Of a DNA stretch of 64,000 nt, positions 30,122-41,601 are shown piece by piece. Numbering within the stretch: position 1 is the stretch's first letter; each line of letters opens with the position of its first letter. The notes below the pieces were generated by a model. It was not told the origin of the DNA, did no database searches, and saw nothing but the letters and a program-made list of their open reading frames with translations. The position numbers and the translations under genes are program-made. Source of the DNA: Cyanophora paradoxa CCMP329 (taxonomy: Eukaryota > Plantae > Glaucophyta); the NCBI GenBank assembly GCA_004431415.1, contig QPMI01000244.1, positions 1-64,000 on the forward strand, written 5' to 3'.

Positions 30122-32024
30122 TCAGACGCTCTCGCAGAGGAAGGCGGTGGTGGGCACCAGCCGCCCCTCGGGGCACAGCGCCTCCGCCGTCGCCGGCTGC
30201 AGACGCCAGCGGATCAGCGAAGCATTATTTATGAGATTCGAAGAAAATTGGCGCGGGGCGCACGGTCGGGGAGGGCAGTTCCAGCTCCAGCGTCGCTGCG
30301 GGCCAGGGGGGCCGCGATCAGGCGGGAGGGGCGGCACGGAGGGAGGGCGCAGGGGCGCGGGGGCGCACAGGTCGGGGTGGGGCTCGGCGTGGGGGTCGGG
30401 GATGCGGAGGGGGTGGGGGACCCTGCGGCCGCCGGCAGCTCGAGCTCGCAGAGGAAGACGGTGGCGGGGACCAGCTCGCCCCCCGGGCACACCGCCTCCG
30501 CCGTCCCCGGCTGCGCGTGAGGAAGACGGGCCGGACCTCGAGTGAGGCCGAAGCCGTTCGAGGGGGCGGGCGGGCGGGGCGGACGGTCGGGGTGGGTAGC
30601 TCGAGTGCGATGGCGAGCGGCAGCGTCGCTGCGGCGCGCCGGCGGGCGCGGTCGGCCGCGGACGAGGAGGGCGGTGGGGGGGCGGGGGACGAGGGAGAGC
30701 GCGTGCGCAGGGCGCGCACGGCTCGGGGTCGGGCTCAGCGTGGACTCGAAGCTGGCCGACGCTGCGGGCGGGGCGGCGTTGGAGGGCGCCGGGACGAAGA
30801 CGCTCAGAGCGGGCCAGGGCGCACGGGTCGGCGAGCGGGTCGGCGACGCCGTCGGCGAGGCTGCGGGCGCGGGGCGTCAGGGGCGGCCGCGACGTCAGCG
30901 GGGAGATTCAAGAGGCGGCTCGCCGGTCTCGGAGGCGGCGGGCGTGGCCGTCGGGATCGCCTCGGGCGTCACCTCGAACGTCTCCGTCGGGCCTGCCGCG
31001 CGGCGCGGCGGCTTCAGGCGCTGCAAACGTGCGCAGAGTGCGTCCTCGGGGCGCACTGGCGGTCGCAGTCGGCGACACTGACACTGCACGCGCGGGGGTG
31101 AGGGCGAGCCTCGAAACTCACGCAAGCTCGCGAGCACGGGGGCGGGCACGGGGCCGCACCGGAGGGCGAGGGGGCCGGCGTCGCGGTCGTCGGGGCCGGC
31201 GTCTCGGTCGCCGGAGCGGGTGTCTCGGTCACGGCCGGGGTGGCCGTCGCCGTCGCTGCCGTTTCGGCTCAACCGGCGCGGCGCCGGGGCCTGCGCTGGC
31301 GCGGGGCGCACCGTTCGGGGCGGAGGTCGGCTGCTCGGCGCCGGCGCCGGCGGCCACGCAGGTGGTGCCGCCCAGGCAGCGCGGCGTGGCGGAGCCGCAG
31401 CAGAACTGCGCCGTGCCCGCCCCGCAGCAGTCCTGCGCCGAGCCCGCGGCCGTGAGCGCAGGCTCGAGGCGCGCGGGCGCCGACCGCGGCCGGCCCGGCG
31501 GCCGGCTTCATATGAGGGGCGCATGCGCACCTGTCCGGTGGGGCAGCAGCTCGGGCCGCAGCAGTTCTCTTGTCCGGAGCGGCAGCTGCGGCGGGGCCCG
31601 GGCGTCAGGAGCTCGAACAGAGAGCGGGGCGGCGCTGCGATCCGCCGCACGCGAAAGAGAAGAGGCCCGTGCTGCAGCTGCGAGGCGGTTGGGACCGGGG
31701 AGCGGCGCGAGGGCGCTTGTCGCGCACCAGAAGTGAGTGGAGCGGGATCCTTCGACGCACGATTCGCCGCAGCAGAGCGTGTCTGAGCGCGCGCGCGCAG
31801 GTACCCGGTCGTTGCCAACAGAGGGCGAAAAGGAGGAGGCCCCGCGCGGTCGGCCATTTTCAAAGCAAAGCTATCAATATGCTAAAGAGCGAAATTTAAT
31901 GGGCTCAGTCGGGAAGCGCACTCGAATCGCAGACGGGGCACGTCGCCGTCTGCGCGCGGGCGCCCGGCGCGAGCGCCAGAGCCAGCAGCAGCAACAAGGA
32001 TCCAAGAATCGTCGAGCGCATCAT
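30122..32024 (-). CDS. Secreted Cys-rich protein with Thr/Pro-rich mucin-like stalk and duplicated C-terminal module
   Basis: Signal peptide MMRSTILGSLLLLLALALAPGARAQ; CC-rich ENCCGPSCCPTGQ/DCCGAGTAQFCCGS; TETPAPATETPAPTTATPAP; two similar modules QPGTAEAVCPGGELVPATVFLCEL and QPATAEALCPEGRLVPTTAFLCESV*. Internal splicing is not fully resolved. Confidence 0.55.
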
Positions 32025-32244
32025 TTCGAGGGCTCGATCACCGCCAGGTGCGCAGCTGGTGTTGTTCGGGTGGTCTGTTCGGACGAAGGGGAGAGGCGTT
32101 ATTTGGCCGTGGGCGCGATCGGGGTGCGAGCGTGCGCGGGAAGGCGCCGCGCACGTGTTCGTTCGTGCGATCGGGACGCAGGAGCGCGGTTTTCACAATC
32201 CGCCGACAATGAGGGGTACAGTGCGAAGTGACCCCTAGCAAAAA

Positions 32245-35200
32245 ATGTCGGGCGATGCGGCGGATGAGTTTCTGGACGCGCTCCTGCGCCTCCCGTCTGT
32301 CCGAGGGACCTTCCTGCGCTCGCCGGACGGGAAGAAGGTGCGGCGAGGGTTGCATGGGCCAGCGCCGCGCGCGGCGAGAGCGGGGCCGGGAGCGCGCTAG
32401 GACGGTCATTGGAGCGATTTGCAACGCGCCAGCGCGGTCGAGAGACCACCCGTCGAATCCCTCCCCGCCGGATGAAGCGCGCACGAGCGCGGAATGCCAG
32501 GCGGGCGATCCGAGCAAGCCGTATGCGGGAGCGCGCTGGCGTCGATAGCTAACAGCGCGCCTAGCGGTGCCGCCGAGACCGTGCGCGCGCACGACAAGCG
32601 TGGTCACATTTGGATAGTTATCGATATCATAGCCGGTCGTGTGGGCGGCGGCGCCGGTGCTCGCTGAGCGAGGGCGGCGCAGGTGGCGTTCACGGCGGAC
32701 GGGCTGCAGCTGCGGCGGAACGTGTACGTGATCGACGTGGCGGAGCCGGAGCGGCCGCGGGTGCAGGCCGTGACGCGGGAGCCTGAGCACACGTACCTCG
32801 TCGAATGGCTCCCCGACTCCTCCGGCGTCCGCCCCGCCCCCTCCGCGCCCCGCCCGGCCCCGCCCGAGCGGCGGGGCGGCAGGTGCTCGTCGAGCACGAC
32901 ACCGCCGGCGACGAGCGCGACGTCCTCTACCGCGTACCCCTCCCCAAGGCAGCCGCCCCGTACCCCTCGCCGCGGGGCGTGGCCCGGGGCCCTGACCGGC
33001 GTCGGGCGGGGCAGGCGGCGCAGGAGGGGTCGGAGGGCCCCAGCGCCGTCCAGCCCCCGGAGCCCCTCACGCCCATATCCTCCCCGCCGCCCCGCGCCCC
33101 GTTTCGGGCCTCCCCGCCCCGTGCCCTGCGCCCCGGCCCTTGACCCCGCGTCCCCACGAGAACCCGCAGTTCTACCTGCGCAGGCGCGCGATGCCCCTTC
33201 CCTCATCCTTCCCCCCCATTCTGATCTGAATCTGATCCGAGCGGCGGGGATGCGCAGCGCGCAGATGACGCCGGACGGGCACCAGCTCTACTACTTCGCC
33301 AACTACGAGTTCCAGAGGTGCTTGTACCCCCCCCCTGCTCGCGTGCGGCGCCGACGTACCCCCCCCGCAGCGAGAACGAGCTGGAGTGCAACATCATGTA
33401 CCAGCAGGACCTCCGCGAGGGCGCGCCCCGCGCCCGAGCCCGCCCCGCCCCCCTCCCCCCGCCGGCGCGGGGGCGCTGAGGAGGGGGGCGGGGGCAGGGA
33501 CGATCACGGCGCTGAACGTGATGGAGAAGCCGGCGATGAACGAGCTGCTCCTCAACGAGCAGGCCGACCGCATCCTCTACTCCCGCTCCGACCGTGCCCC
33601 CGGCCCCCTCCTCCCCCCGGCCCCGCCCCGCCCGACGCGGCGGCCGCGGCAGAGCACCCGGCGGGGCGGCAGTGGTACATCATGACCCCCATGGCCGAGG
33701 AGGACACGCGCGCCCCGCCCCGCCCCGCCCCGCCCCGCCCCGCCCCACCCCGCCCCACCCCGGCGACTGCTCTGATTTCGGGGGCAGGTGCGTGCTGGAC
33801 TTCGGCCCCGAGGCGCAGGTGGAGGCGGGGTGGCACCCCGACGGGCGCCGCCTCGCCTTCCTCACCGACTCCATCGACGCCACCCGCCTCCCCGTCCGCC
33901 CCGCCCCGCCCCGCCCCGCCCCGAGGTCCCCGGCTGCGCGCTAAGAACGGGCGCGGGGCAGGTGTCGCGGGCGGGGATCTGGACGCCCAGCGAGGGCTCC
34001 CCCGTCGGCGCCCCCGGCACCATCACCTGGGTCGGCGTTGAGACGTCCGCCCCGCCCCGCCCCGCCCGCCCGCCGACCCCCGCGCTGCCGGCGCGAGGGG
34101 CGCGGCACTGCGGCAGGGGCCTGGACTTCACTTCGGCGCGCTTCTCGAAGTACGACCCGCACACCCTCCTCCTCGAGTCCTGCACCAAGGTGCCCCCCAG
34201 CGCCCGCCCCGCCCCGCCCCGCCCCGCCCCGGCCTCCTCCTCAACGCGGCTGCAGGCGAGGACGGCGGCGCACATGTACGACCTGCGGACGGGGACGCTC
34301 CGCGCCGTCGTCCACGAGGGCGGGGGCAGCCTCCTCCCCACAGACCCCCTCCCCGTCCGCACCCCCCGCCCGCCCCGCCCGCCCACCCCTCCGCCCCGCT
34401 CGACGCTCGAGCGCGGGGGCGCCTTGGGGGGCCAGGACGGGACGTGGCTGGCGCGGCAGTACGGCTCCACCTCCCCCGCCACCATCGTCCGCCCTCGCCC
34501 CTGCTTGAGCCGGCGGGGCGCTGAGGCCGTCGGGGCGGCAGGCGCGCGTGAAGCTCTCCGTCGAGGGCGCCACCGTCCGCGTCACCGAGGCGCCCCCTCC
34601 GCCCCGCCTCCCCCGCCCACGCCCTTGCCGGCCCTCACGCCGGGGCAGGCGGTGCCGCTCTTCTCGCCCTTCGCGGGGGCGCGGGTGAAGCAGTCGGAGC
34701 TCGTCCCCTGCGAGCCCCTCGAGTGGACCTCCCCCGACGGTCCGCCCCGCCGCCCGCGAGCCGGCCCGGCCCCGAGGCGGGGGCGAGCGGCCGGCAGGCA
34801 CGGCGGTGCACGGGTGGCTCTACCGCAGCCCCGCACCGGACTGCAAGCGCGCCATCTTGTCCGCTCGCCCCGCCCGCCCCGCCCCGCGCCGCCGCAAAAG
34901 AGGCGAGGCGGGCTCGGGGGCAGGTACGTGCACGGGGGCCCGACGGCGCACTCGGAGGACGCCCTCAACGTCGAGATCCAGGTGCCCCGCCCGCCCTCTT
35001 CCCCCCTCCTCCTCCAGGGCCCCTCGGACCGGGGCGGGGGCGGGGGCGGGGGCCGGGTCGGGCAGTGGTACGTGCGGCGGGGCTTCCACGTGCTGGACCC
35101 CAACTACCGCGGCTCCACCGGCTACGGCGTCGGTGCGAGCCGCCCCCGCCCCCGCTCCCGCCTGCTCCCTGCCGCCGCCCCGTGCGACCCCGCTGCTGCG

Positions 35201-36185
35201 CGCCGCAGCGTTCCGGGAGGCGATCCGGGCGTGCGGCTGGGGCGCCCGCGAGCAGGAGGACATCGCCGCCGGCGCCGAGAAGCTGGCGAGCCGCCGCCCC
35301 CGTGCCCTCCTCGCGCAAGGGCCGAGCGGGGGCCGGGGGCCGGGGGCGGGCAGGTGGCGATGGGGCTGGTGGACGGGGAGGGCCCCGGCGGCGTGCCCCG
35401 CATCGGCATCACCGGTGCCCCCCGCCCCGCTCGCGCTTTCCGCCGGCGAGACGTGAGGCGGGCGCAGGGACCTCGTACGGCGGCTTCTCGAGCTGGTGCG
35501 CCATCTCCAAGCACCCGCGCACCTTCCGCGCCGCTGCCCCCGTCTGCGGCATGACCGGTCCGCTCCCCCCTCGCCATCAATCGCGAGCCCGGCCCCCACG
35601 CGCGCGCTCTGGAACAGACCTGATCGTGGACTACGAGACGACGCGGCCCGACCTCCGCCCCTACTCCGAGCAGATGATGGGCGGTGCGCCGCGGCCGGCC
35701 CCCGCCCTCCCTCCAGCGCCGGCGCCGGGGGCGAGAGGGTGGGGGGCAGGGACGCCGGCGACGGTGCCGGAGCGGTACCGCGACGGCTCGCCCATCAACT
35801 TCCTCCACCAGGCCCGCCCCGCCCGCCCCGCCCGCCCCGCCCCCGTGGCCCCCGTGCCGGGGGCCTGAGGCGGGGGGGCGGGCCCCGGGGCGTGGGGGCA
35901 GGTGATGGGGAGGGTGCTGATCGTGCAGGGGATGCGGGACCCGAACGTGCACCCGAGCAACGTCAAGGCCGTCAACGAGGACCTCAAGCGGCCCGCCCCG
36001 CCCCGCCCCGCCCCCCGAGCCTCGGAGCCAGGCGCGGGCGGGGAGCTCACGGGCGGGCGCGCAGGTACAAGGTGGACGCGGCGCAGCTGCTGTTCCCGGA
36101 CGAGGGGCACGGGATCCTGCGCAAGGAGAACCAGCGCATCAAGCTCGACAAGCTCGCCGCCTTCTTCGCCGCCGCCCTCGGCTAG
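32245..36185 (+). CDS. S9 family (prolyl oligopeptidase / acylaminoacyl-peptidase-like) serine peptidase
   Basis: MSGDAADEFLDALLRLP..SPDGKK/VAF, YVHGGP, PNYRGSTGYG, ITG/TSYGG (GxSxGG nucleophile), VQGMRDPNV (Asp) and FPDEGHG (His); stop TAG at 36183-36185. Confidence 0.92.
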
Positions 36186-36871
36186 GCCCCCGACACAGAG
36201 CCGGCACTTGGCTCGAGGGCCCGGCGATCCGTGTGTGCACGTGCGCGTCGATGTGCATCCATGATCACGTGCAGCTGCAGCTGCAGCTGCAGGGACTTGA
36301 AGCTGCCGGCGCGCTGGCGCCGGCGCCGCGGCCGGCACTGCGGCCGCGCGCGGCACCCCGCGGCCGGCGCCGGCTAGCGCTGGCGCGCGCGCGCTTGAGC
36401 TCGAGGGACCTCGCACGCAGTATGATGATATGATCATGATCAGTCTGCACACTATAGCTATAGCTAGCCGGCGCCATGGCAGATCTAGATCCCACGCGCA
36501 TGCGCATGCATATGGTCATGCATATGGTCGACGTCATCATCCCACGCGCGCAGACGCGCCGCCACCTCCGCCTGGCCGATCGGGGCAGGAACGAGCATCC
36601 ATTTGAAGTCGACGTTCTCGCTTGTGCTGCAAGTTGTGCGGCCGCTGCAAGTTTGCAATTGCAGTTGGGTACAGGAAACCGGCCGCGGAGCTCACAGCGA
36701 GCTGCCATGCAGTACTAGTGCCATCGTCCGCAAGCTCCGAACGAATCGTGAGCCATCGAAAGAGTCGAAAGATCCATCGATTCGTCTTTAGGCCAGGCGC
36801 CTCGCAGCCGCTCGTCGGCCTCGCGGTCAGCCTCCCTTCTGCGCTTGCACCAAGGCACAGCGCGAAGTGCG

Positions 36872-39341
36872 ATGAGCGCGCTTAAAGGCCTCGCGGCGGC
36901 CCTGGAGGCGGACGGCTGGCCGCCGATCAGCGTAGATCGCTTGCAGGAGCATCTCGGCGCTGTGACCGCTGCAGAGGGGCGTTCTGCCGTCCTGAATGTC
37001 GATCTGCGCAAGCTGCAACCCGCGGAGCAGCTCCCGAAGGTGCGCGGCTGCTCCGTCGCTGAGTGCAGCCTAGTCGCTGAGTGGCTGCTGACCCGTTCCG
37101 GCGCAGGACATCAACTCGGCAAAGAATACGGAGCTGAAGGCCCCCGTTGTCCTCCAGGTGCTGCAGCCTTCTTTCGGGCCTTCTTTCGGGCCTTCTTTCA
37201 GTGCTCACGCGTGCACTCGCAGGTCCTGAGCGTGAAGAACATATGCCAGCCTTCAATACGGCAAGAGGCGAACGAGAACGCGAGAATGCTGCGGCTCGAG
37301 CTCACTGAGTGCGCCCCCCCCCTCTTCCCGCTACCCCCCCCCCTCCTCCCCCTCCCCTCCACCCCCCTCTACCCCTTACCCCCTGCCCCCTTCCCACCCC
37401 GCCTCTCAGTGGAAACACGAAATGCGTGGCGATCGGTGAGCTTCATTATGATTCGAAGTCGCTCGGATTCTCACTCCTCAACAGAATTCAAACGAGTGAA
37501 CTTCCTGTCGATGAACACGGCCCCCGGAACGAAACTTCGGATCTCGAAAGCTCAGGCAAGCATCCGAAACAGTGCCTCGAGTACCAGCACACAATGACCA
37601 AGCCTCAGGTCCGAAACGGGATCATCTGCCTGGAAGAGAGCAACACGAAGCTGCTCGGCGGGCGCGTCGAAGGTCGGCCTGGCCGGCGCGCGGCCCCTGG
37701 AAGCGGGCGGGTGCTGACGGGCGCCGCAGAGCTCGCTAAGAAATACGAGGAGGAGAAGCGCATGCAGATCATCCAGCGGGCGCGCGGGACGGGGGCGGCC
37801 GCGGGCAACGCCGTCGCCGACGGGCCGCCGCCCTTCCGGCCCTTCGCGGGTCGGCAGGCGTCGGCGGCCAAGGCCGGCAAGGCGGCGCCCCCGGCGACCC
37901 CGACCCCGCGGCAGCCGGCGGAGCCCCGGGCGCAAGCGGCCTCGGGAGGGCCCGGCGCGTCCGGCAGGCCTAGGCCCTCTGAGCCGCCTCTCCAGCCTCG
38001 GCCGGCGCCGTCGGAGGCGTCGCCGGCGGCGAGCCGAGCCGGTGGCGGAGGAGCTCCCCCTGGCTTCGAGAGGCCGTCCAGCTCGCGGGGGCAGCCGCCC
38101 GGGGCGGCGCAAGCTCCGCCAACCTCGGGACGACCGGCGAGCGCGGGGGCGGCGCGTCCGGCGGCGCAGCCGCAGCCGGCGGCGACTCCCGCGAAAGCAG
38201 CGCCTCCTGCAGCCGCCGCGCAGCCTTCTGCGCCGCCCGCGGCCGGAGACGCGCGAGGCCCGCGGCCCGAGGGACTTACAGCCGAAGGTGCGGCCTCGTC
38301 GAACGGGCCCGTGCCGGCTCCCCTGAACTCCTTCCGGCAGCCCCGAGGCGCGAGAAGGGCTCCGGGCCGGGGCCTCAGACGGCGGCGCCTGCCGCGGAGC
38401 CGAGACCCGCCCAGCAGCCGGCGGCGCAGGCGCAGGCGTTCCAGCAGGCGGCGGGGCAGGACGGAGCGCGGGCCTCGAGGAAGAAGCCGGAGATGGAGCG
38501 GTACACGCCGCGCGGCAGGCCGAGCTCCGGCCTCAACCCCGCCGCCCCCGCCTTCCTGCTCCCCCAGCCCGCCCCGCCGCCAGCAGCGCCCTCGCAGGGC
38601 CAGCACCAGCAGCCGCCCGCACATACCCCGGCACCCCAGCAGCCGGCCCCGGAGCGGCAGCCGAGGCAGCGCGGGCAGCGGGGAGGCCATGCGGCGCAGA
38701 GCGGGAGGGAGCGCCCGGCGTCAGGCGCGCCCAGCCGGCTCCCGGACACTGGCGACATGCGGCAGTTCCCCTCGCAGTTCACGGCGAGCGTCGTCTGCTG
38801 CGGGGTCGGGCTGATTCACGTCCAGTCAGCCTATTGCCTTCAACTCGTCATCAGCGATGCGGAAAAGGTCCTTCCGTTGTTCCGGCACTCCAGCTCTTCA
38901 ATCTGATCTCCGCTCGCAATCGCGCAGACGCTCTCTGTGTCGACGGCGCCTGCCCTCTCTCAGTCTCTCCTGGGGATGGACGCGAGCGGCGTCGCCCGAG
39001 AGATGTCGACGGCGGACGGTCAGGCGAACCTCCAGATTCTGCTCGCCGGCCTGCACGACCGCCTCAGCGGTCCGCCCCGCACCCTCGCCCGGCCCCCATC
39101 CGCCCACCATCTCCGCTGACTCGCTGCTCGACGCTTGACAGGCGCCCGGCTGACGGCCACCCTCCTGGCGACCGCACCGATACCGCCGGCCGCTGGCGCG
39201 CCCGACGCCCCGCTCGCTTCCGGCGCTATCCGGCAGGTGCGCCGGCGCGCTCCAGCTGGGATCCTCCTTGCGGTCGCGGCTAACGAGGCGCAGGCGATTG
39301 GGGCGCTCTCGGTCCTCTCCTTGTCCCCTGCGTCTGGCTGA
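36872..39341 (+). CDS. RMI1/TDRD3-like protein (DUF1767 + OB fold) with low-complexity linker
   Basis: Spliced LNVDLRKL..LKGPVVLQ/VLSVKNICQPS..ARMLRLELTD/G..CVAIGE..LSMNTAPGTKLRI..VRNGIICLEESNTKLLGGRVE matches the RMI1_N/TDRD3 OB pattern. Confidence 0.75.
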
Positions 39342-39838
39342 AGGCTCACGAATTGCATTCTCTTTTCTCTTCCGGGCGATGCGAGGATTCCGCTCCGGAA
39401 CGCTACTTTAAGATAGGCCGGCTGTGCAGAAGAGGAGGGGAGCAAGAGGGGAGGGGAGGGGGGTCGTGGGGTGGAAGGGGTGGGGGGGAGGGGGGGGGGG
39501 GGGGGAGGCCGGGGAGATGAGGCCCACCCGATCCTGATCATGATCATGATCATGAAATCAAATATTTAATAGCACTCGAATTCGAATAGATAAACATGAT
39601 CATAAGCGCTTGCCAAAATAATGCATGCCGCTAATGCAAATATTTACAAGCCGCCGGGCTGCAGCCTCCGAACGCGGCACGACTGCGAGGCCTAGCTATA
39701 GGGGCGTCCGCGGGCTGGCCCTTGCCGCCCCCCCTCAGCGCGGCTCGCCCTTGCCGCAGTGCCTCCGAACGAGGCCGCCTCTCGCGACCGCCAGCCGGCG
39801 ACGGACGCGGCGCGGGGCGGGGCGCGCGAGAGGCCCCC

Positions 39839-40633
39839 TCACAGGAGGTGCTCTGTGGCGAAGGCGTCGGCGGCAAAGAGGCCCTCCGCCCCGAACGCCG
39901 CCTCCGCCCCGTACCCCTCCGCCCCCGCCAGCGCCCCTCCATCGAACGCCGCCTCCCCGTCCCCGTCGGCCGTCTGCAGGGGAGACGGCTTCGGACAGGG
40001 GCGCGCACAGGCGATAGCTATAGGCGAGTCAAGGCGCACCAGGGCGGGGGCGGAGTCGTCGGCGAGGTCGACGTCGTCGGCGGCGGGGTCGACGCGGTAC
40101 GGGTCTACGTCGAGCTCGCGGAAGGGGCGCGTGACCGTGCTCGCTGCTTTGGAGGCGGCCCCCTTGACGCACCTGCCCAGCCGCTCGCACGCCGAGCGGA
40201 GGCGCCCGTGCCCCCCCTGCTGGCCCTCGCCCCCGCCCCCGCCCCCGCGGCCGCCGTACATGCCGTAGGCGTTCGGGGCGGCGTTGATCCGTGCGAACTG
40301 GCGCTGGGCCGGCGGCGCCGGCACGCTCGCCTGCGGGATGATCGTCTGCACATACTGCGTCGTGTCCTCAGGGATGATCGTCTGCACTGGGTACCCCTGG
40401 GGCGGGGGACCGGCGCGGCCGGCCGCGAGCTGGCTGGGATAGTGGATAACGACACTCTGCGTCGTGTCCTCAGGAATGATCGTCCTCACATACTGAGGCT
40501 CATGATGAGGCCGGGCCTGGGGCGGGGGGCCGCGGCCGGCCCCGCCGGCCGCGGGGCTGGCATAGCGGTAAACGACTTGCTCGGTCGTGTCCTCCGGAAT
40601 GATGATCCGCGGCACGAAGCCCTGGTAGCTCAT
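39839..40633 (-). CDS. Intronless 264-aa unknown protein with three IIPEDTT repeats
   Basis: Clean ORF with GCCGTCATG start context, composition unlike the GC-artefact ORFs, and a downstream TGTAA (39644-39648 on the minus strand). Confidence 0.6.
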   Translation of the reverse strand: MSYQGFVPRIIIPEDTTEQVVYRYASPAAGGAGRGPPPQARPHHEPQYVRTIIPEDTTQSVVIHYPSQLAAGRAGPPPQGYPVQTIIPEDTTQYVQTIIPQASVPAPPAQRQFARINAAPNAYGMYGGRGGGGGGEGQQGGHGRLRSACERLGRCVKGAASKAASTVTRPFRELDVDPYRVDPAADDVDLADDSAPALVRLDSPIAIACARPCPKPSPLQTADGDGEAAFDGGALAGAEGYGAEAAFGAEGLFAADAFATEHLL

Positions 40634-41601
40634 GACGGCGTCGGCGTCGGCGTCTGCGGCCGCGGTCGACGTACATGCGCGCGGGTCCGGCGTACATGTA
40701 CATGTCAGACCGTCGGACGCAATTGCAAGGTTTAAGCCGCTGAGCCGCGGTTGTAGAGTGCGCGCGCGTCGACCGCGGGGCGCTATATATTTGGCGGGCT
40801 ATATATGCACGCCCATGGCCATGCCCAGCTGGTACGTATATATATACATGGTGACCAATGTGCAATTAAAAGGACTAGTCACTGAGTACTAGTACTTTGA
40901 ATTTATGATCATGATCAGTTTGGAAGGGCACTAGGGCGCATGCGCAGTACGAGTAACACCGCGCGCAGCGCCGGCACGCCCCGCGGCCGGCCGCGGCCGT
41001 CACGCTCTCGGATCCTATGTAGCTAAGCCAGCTGCAGCGCTAGCAGAGGACGCTCGCACCTGAACAGAGAGGACGCAGTCGTCTCTGGCCTCGCAGTCGT
41101 CGGCGACCTCCCCGAGCTCCCTGCAATCACAGGATTCACAGCGCTGATAAACGCTGCCCGGTGACGCAGCAGACGTACGCGTCCACGTCACGACCTGTAC
41201 CCGGAATCATTTCCCTCCGGCTCCGCCGGACCGCCGGCGCCGCCCAAACTCGGCGGCGGGCCAGGGTCCAGGGCCTCCGGAATTCGGATCCGCCGGCCCT
41301 CCGGATCCGGAGGCCCTCCAGCCCCCTATATAGTACTATAGTTTGTTAGTTAGTAGTTTGTTAGTACTATACTAGTGCTGGCCATGGTACGTCGTGCAAG
41401 TGCAATTCCCATGGCCGGCGACGCCCCTGCTCGCGCCAAATCTCCGCGCAGAGGCTCGCGGCTCCCTCGGCGAGGAGCCCGAGTCAGCTCCACATCTACA
41501 GCGACTTGGGTGCGCATACGTGGATCATCGGATCGAATTGCGAGGCTATCTAGCTATAGCTTGGGGGCGAGGGGGCGGGGCGGGGGCGGGGCGGGGGCGG
41601 G

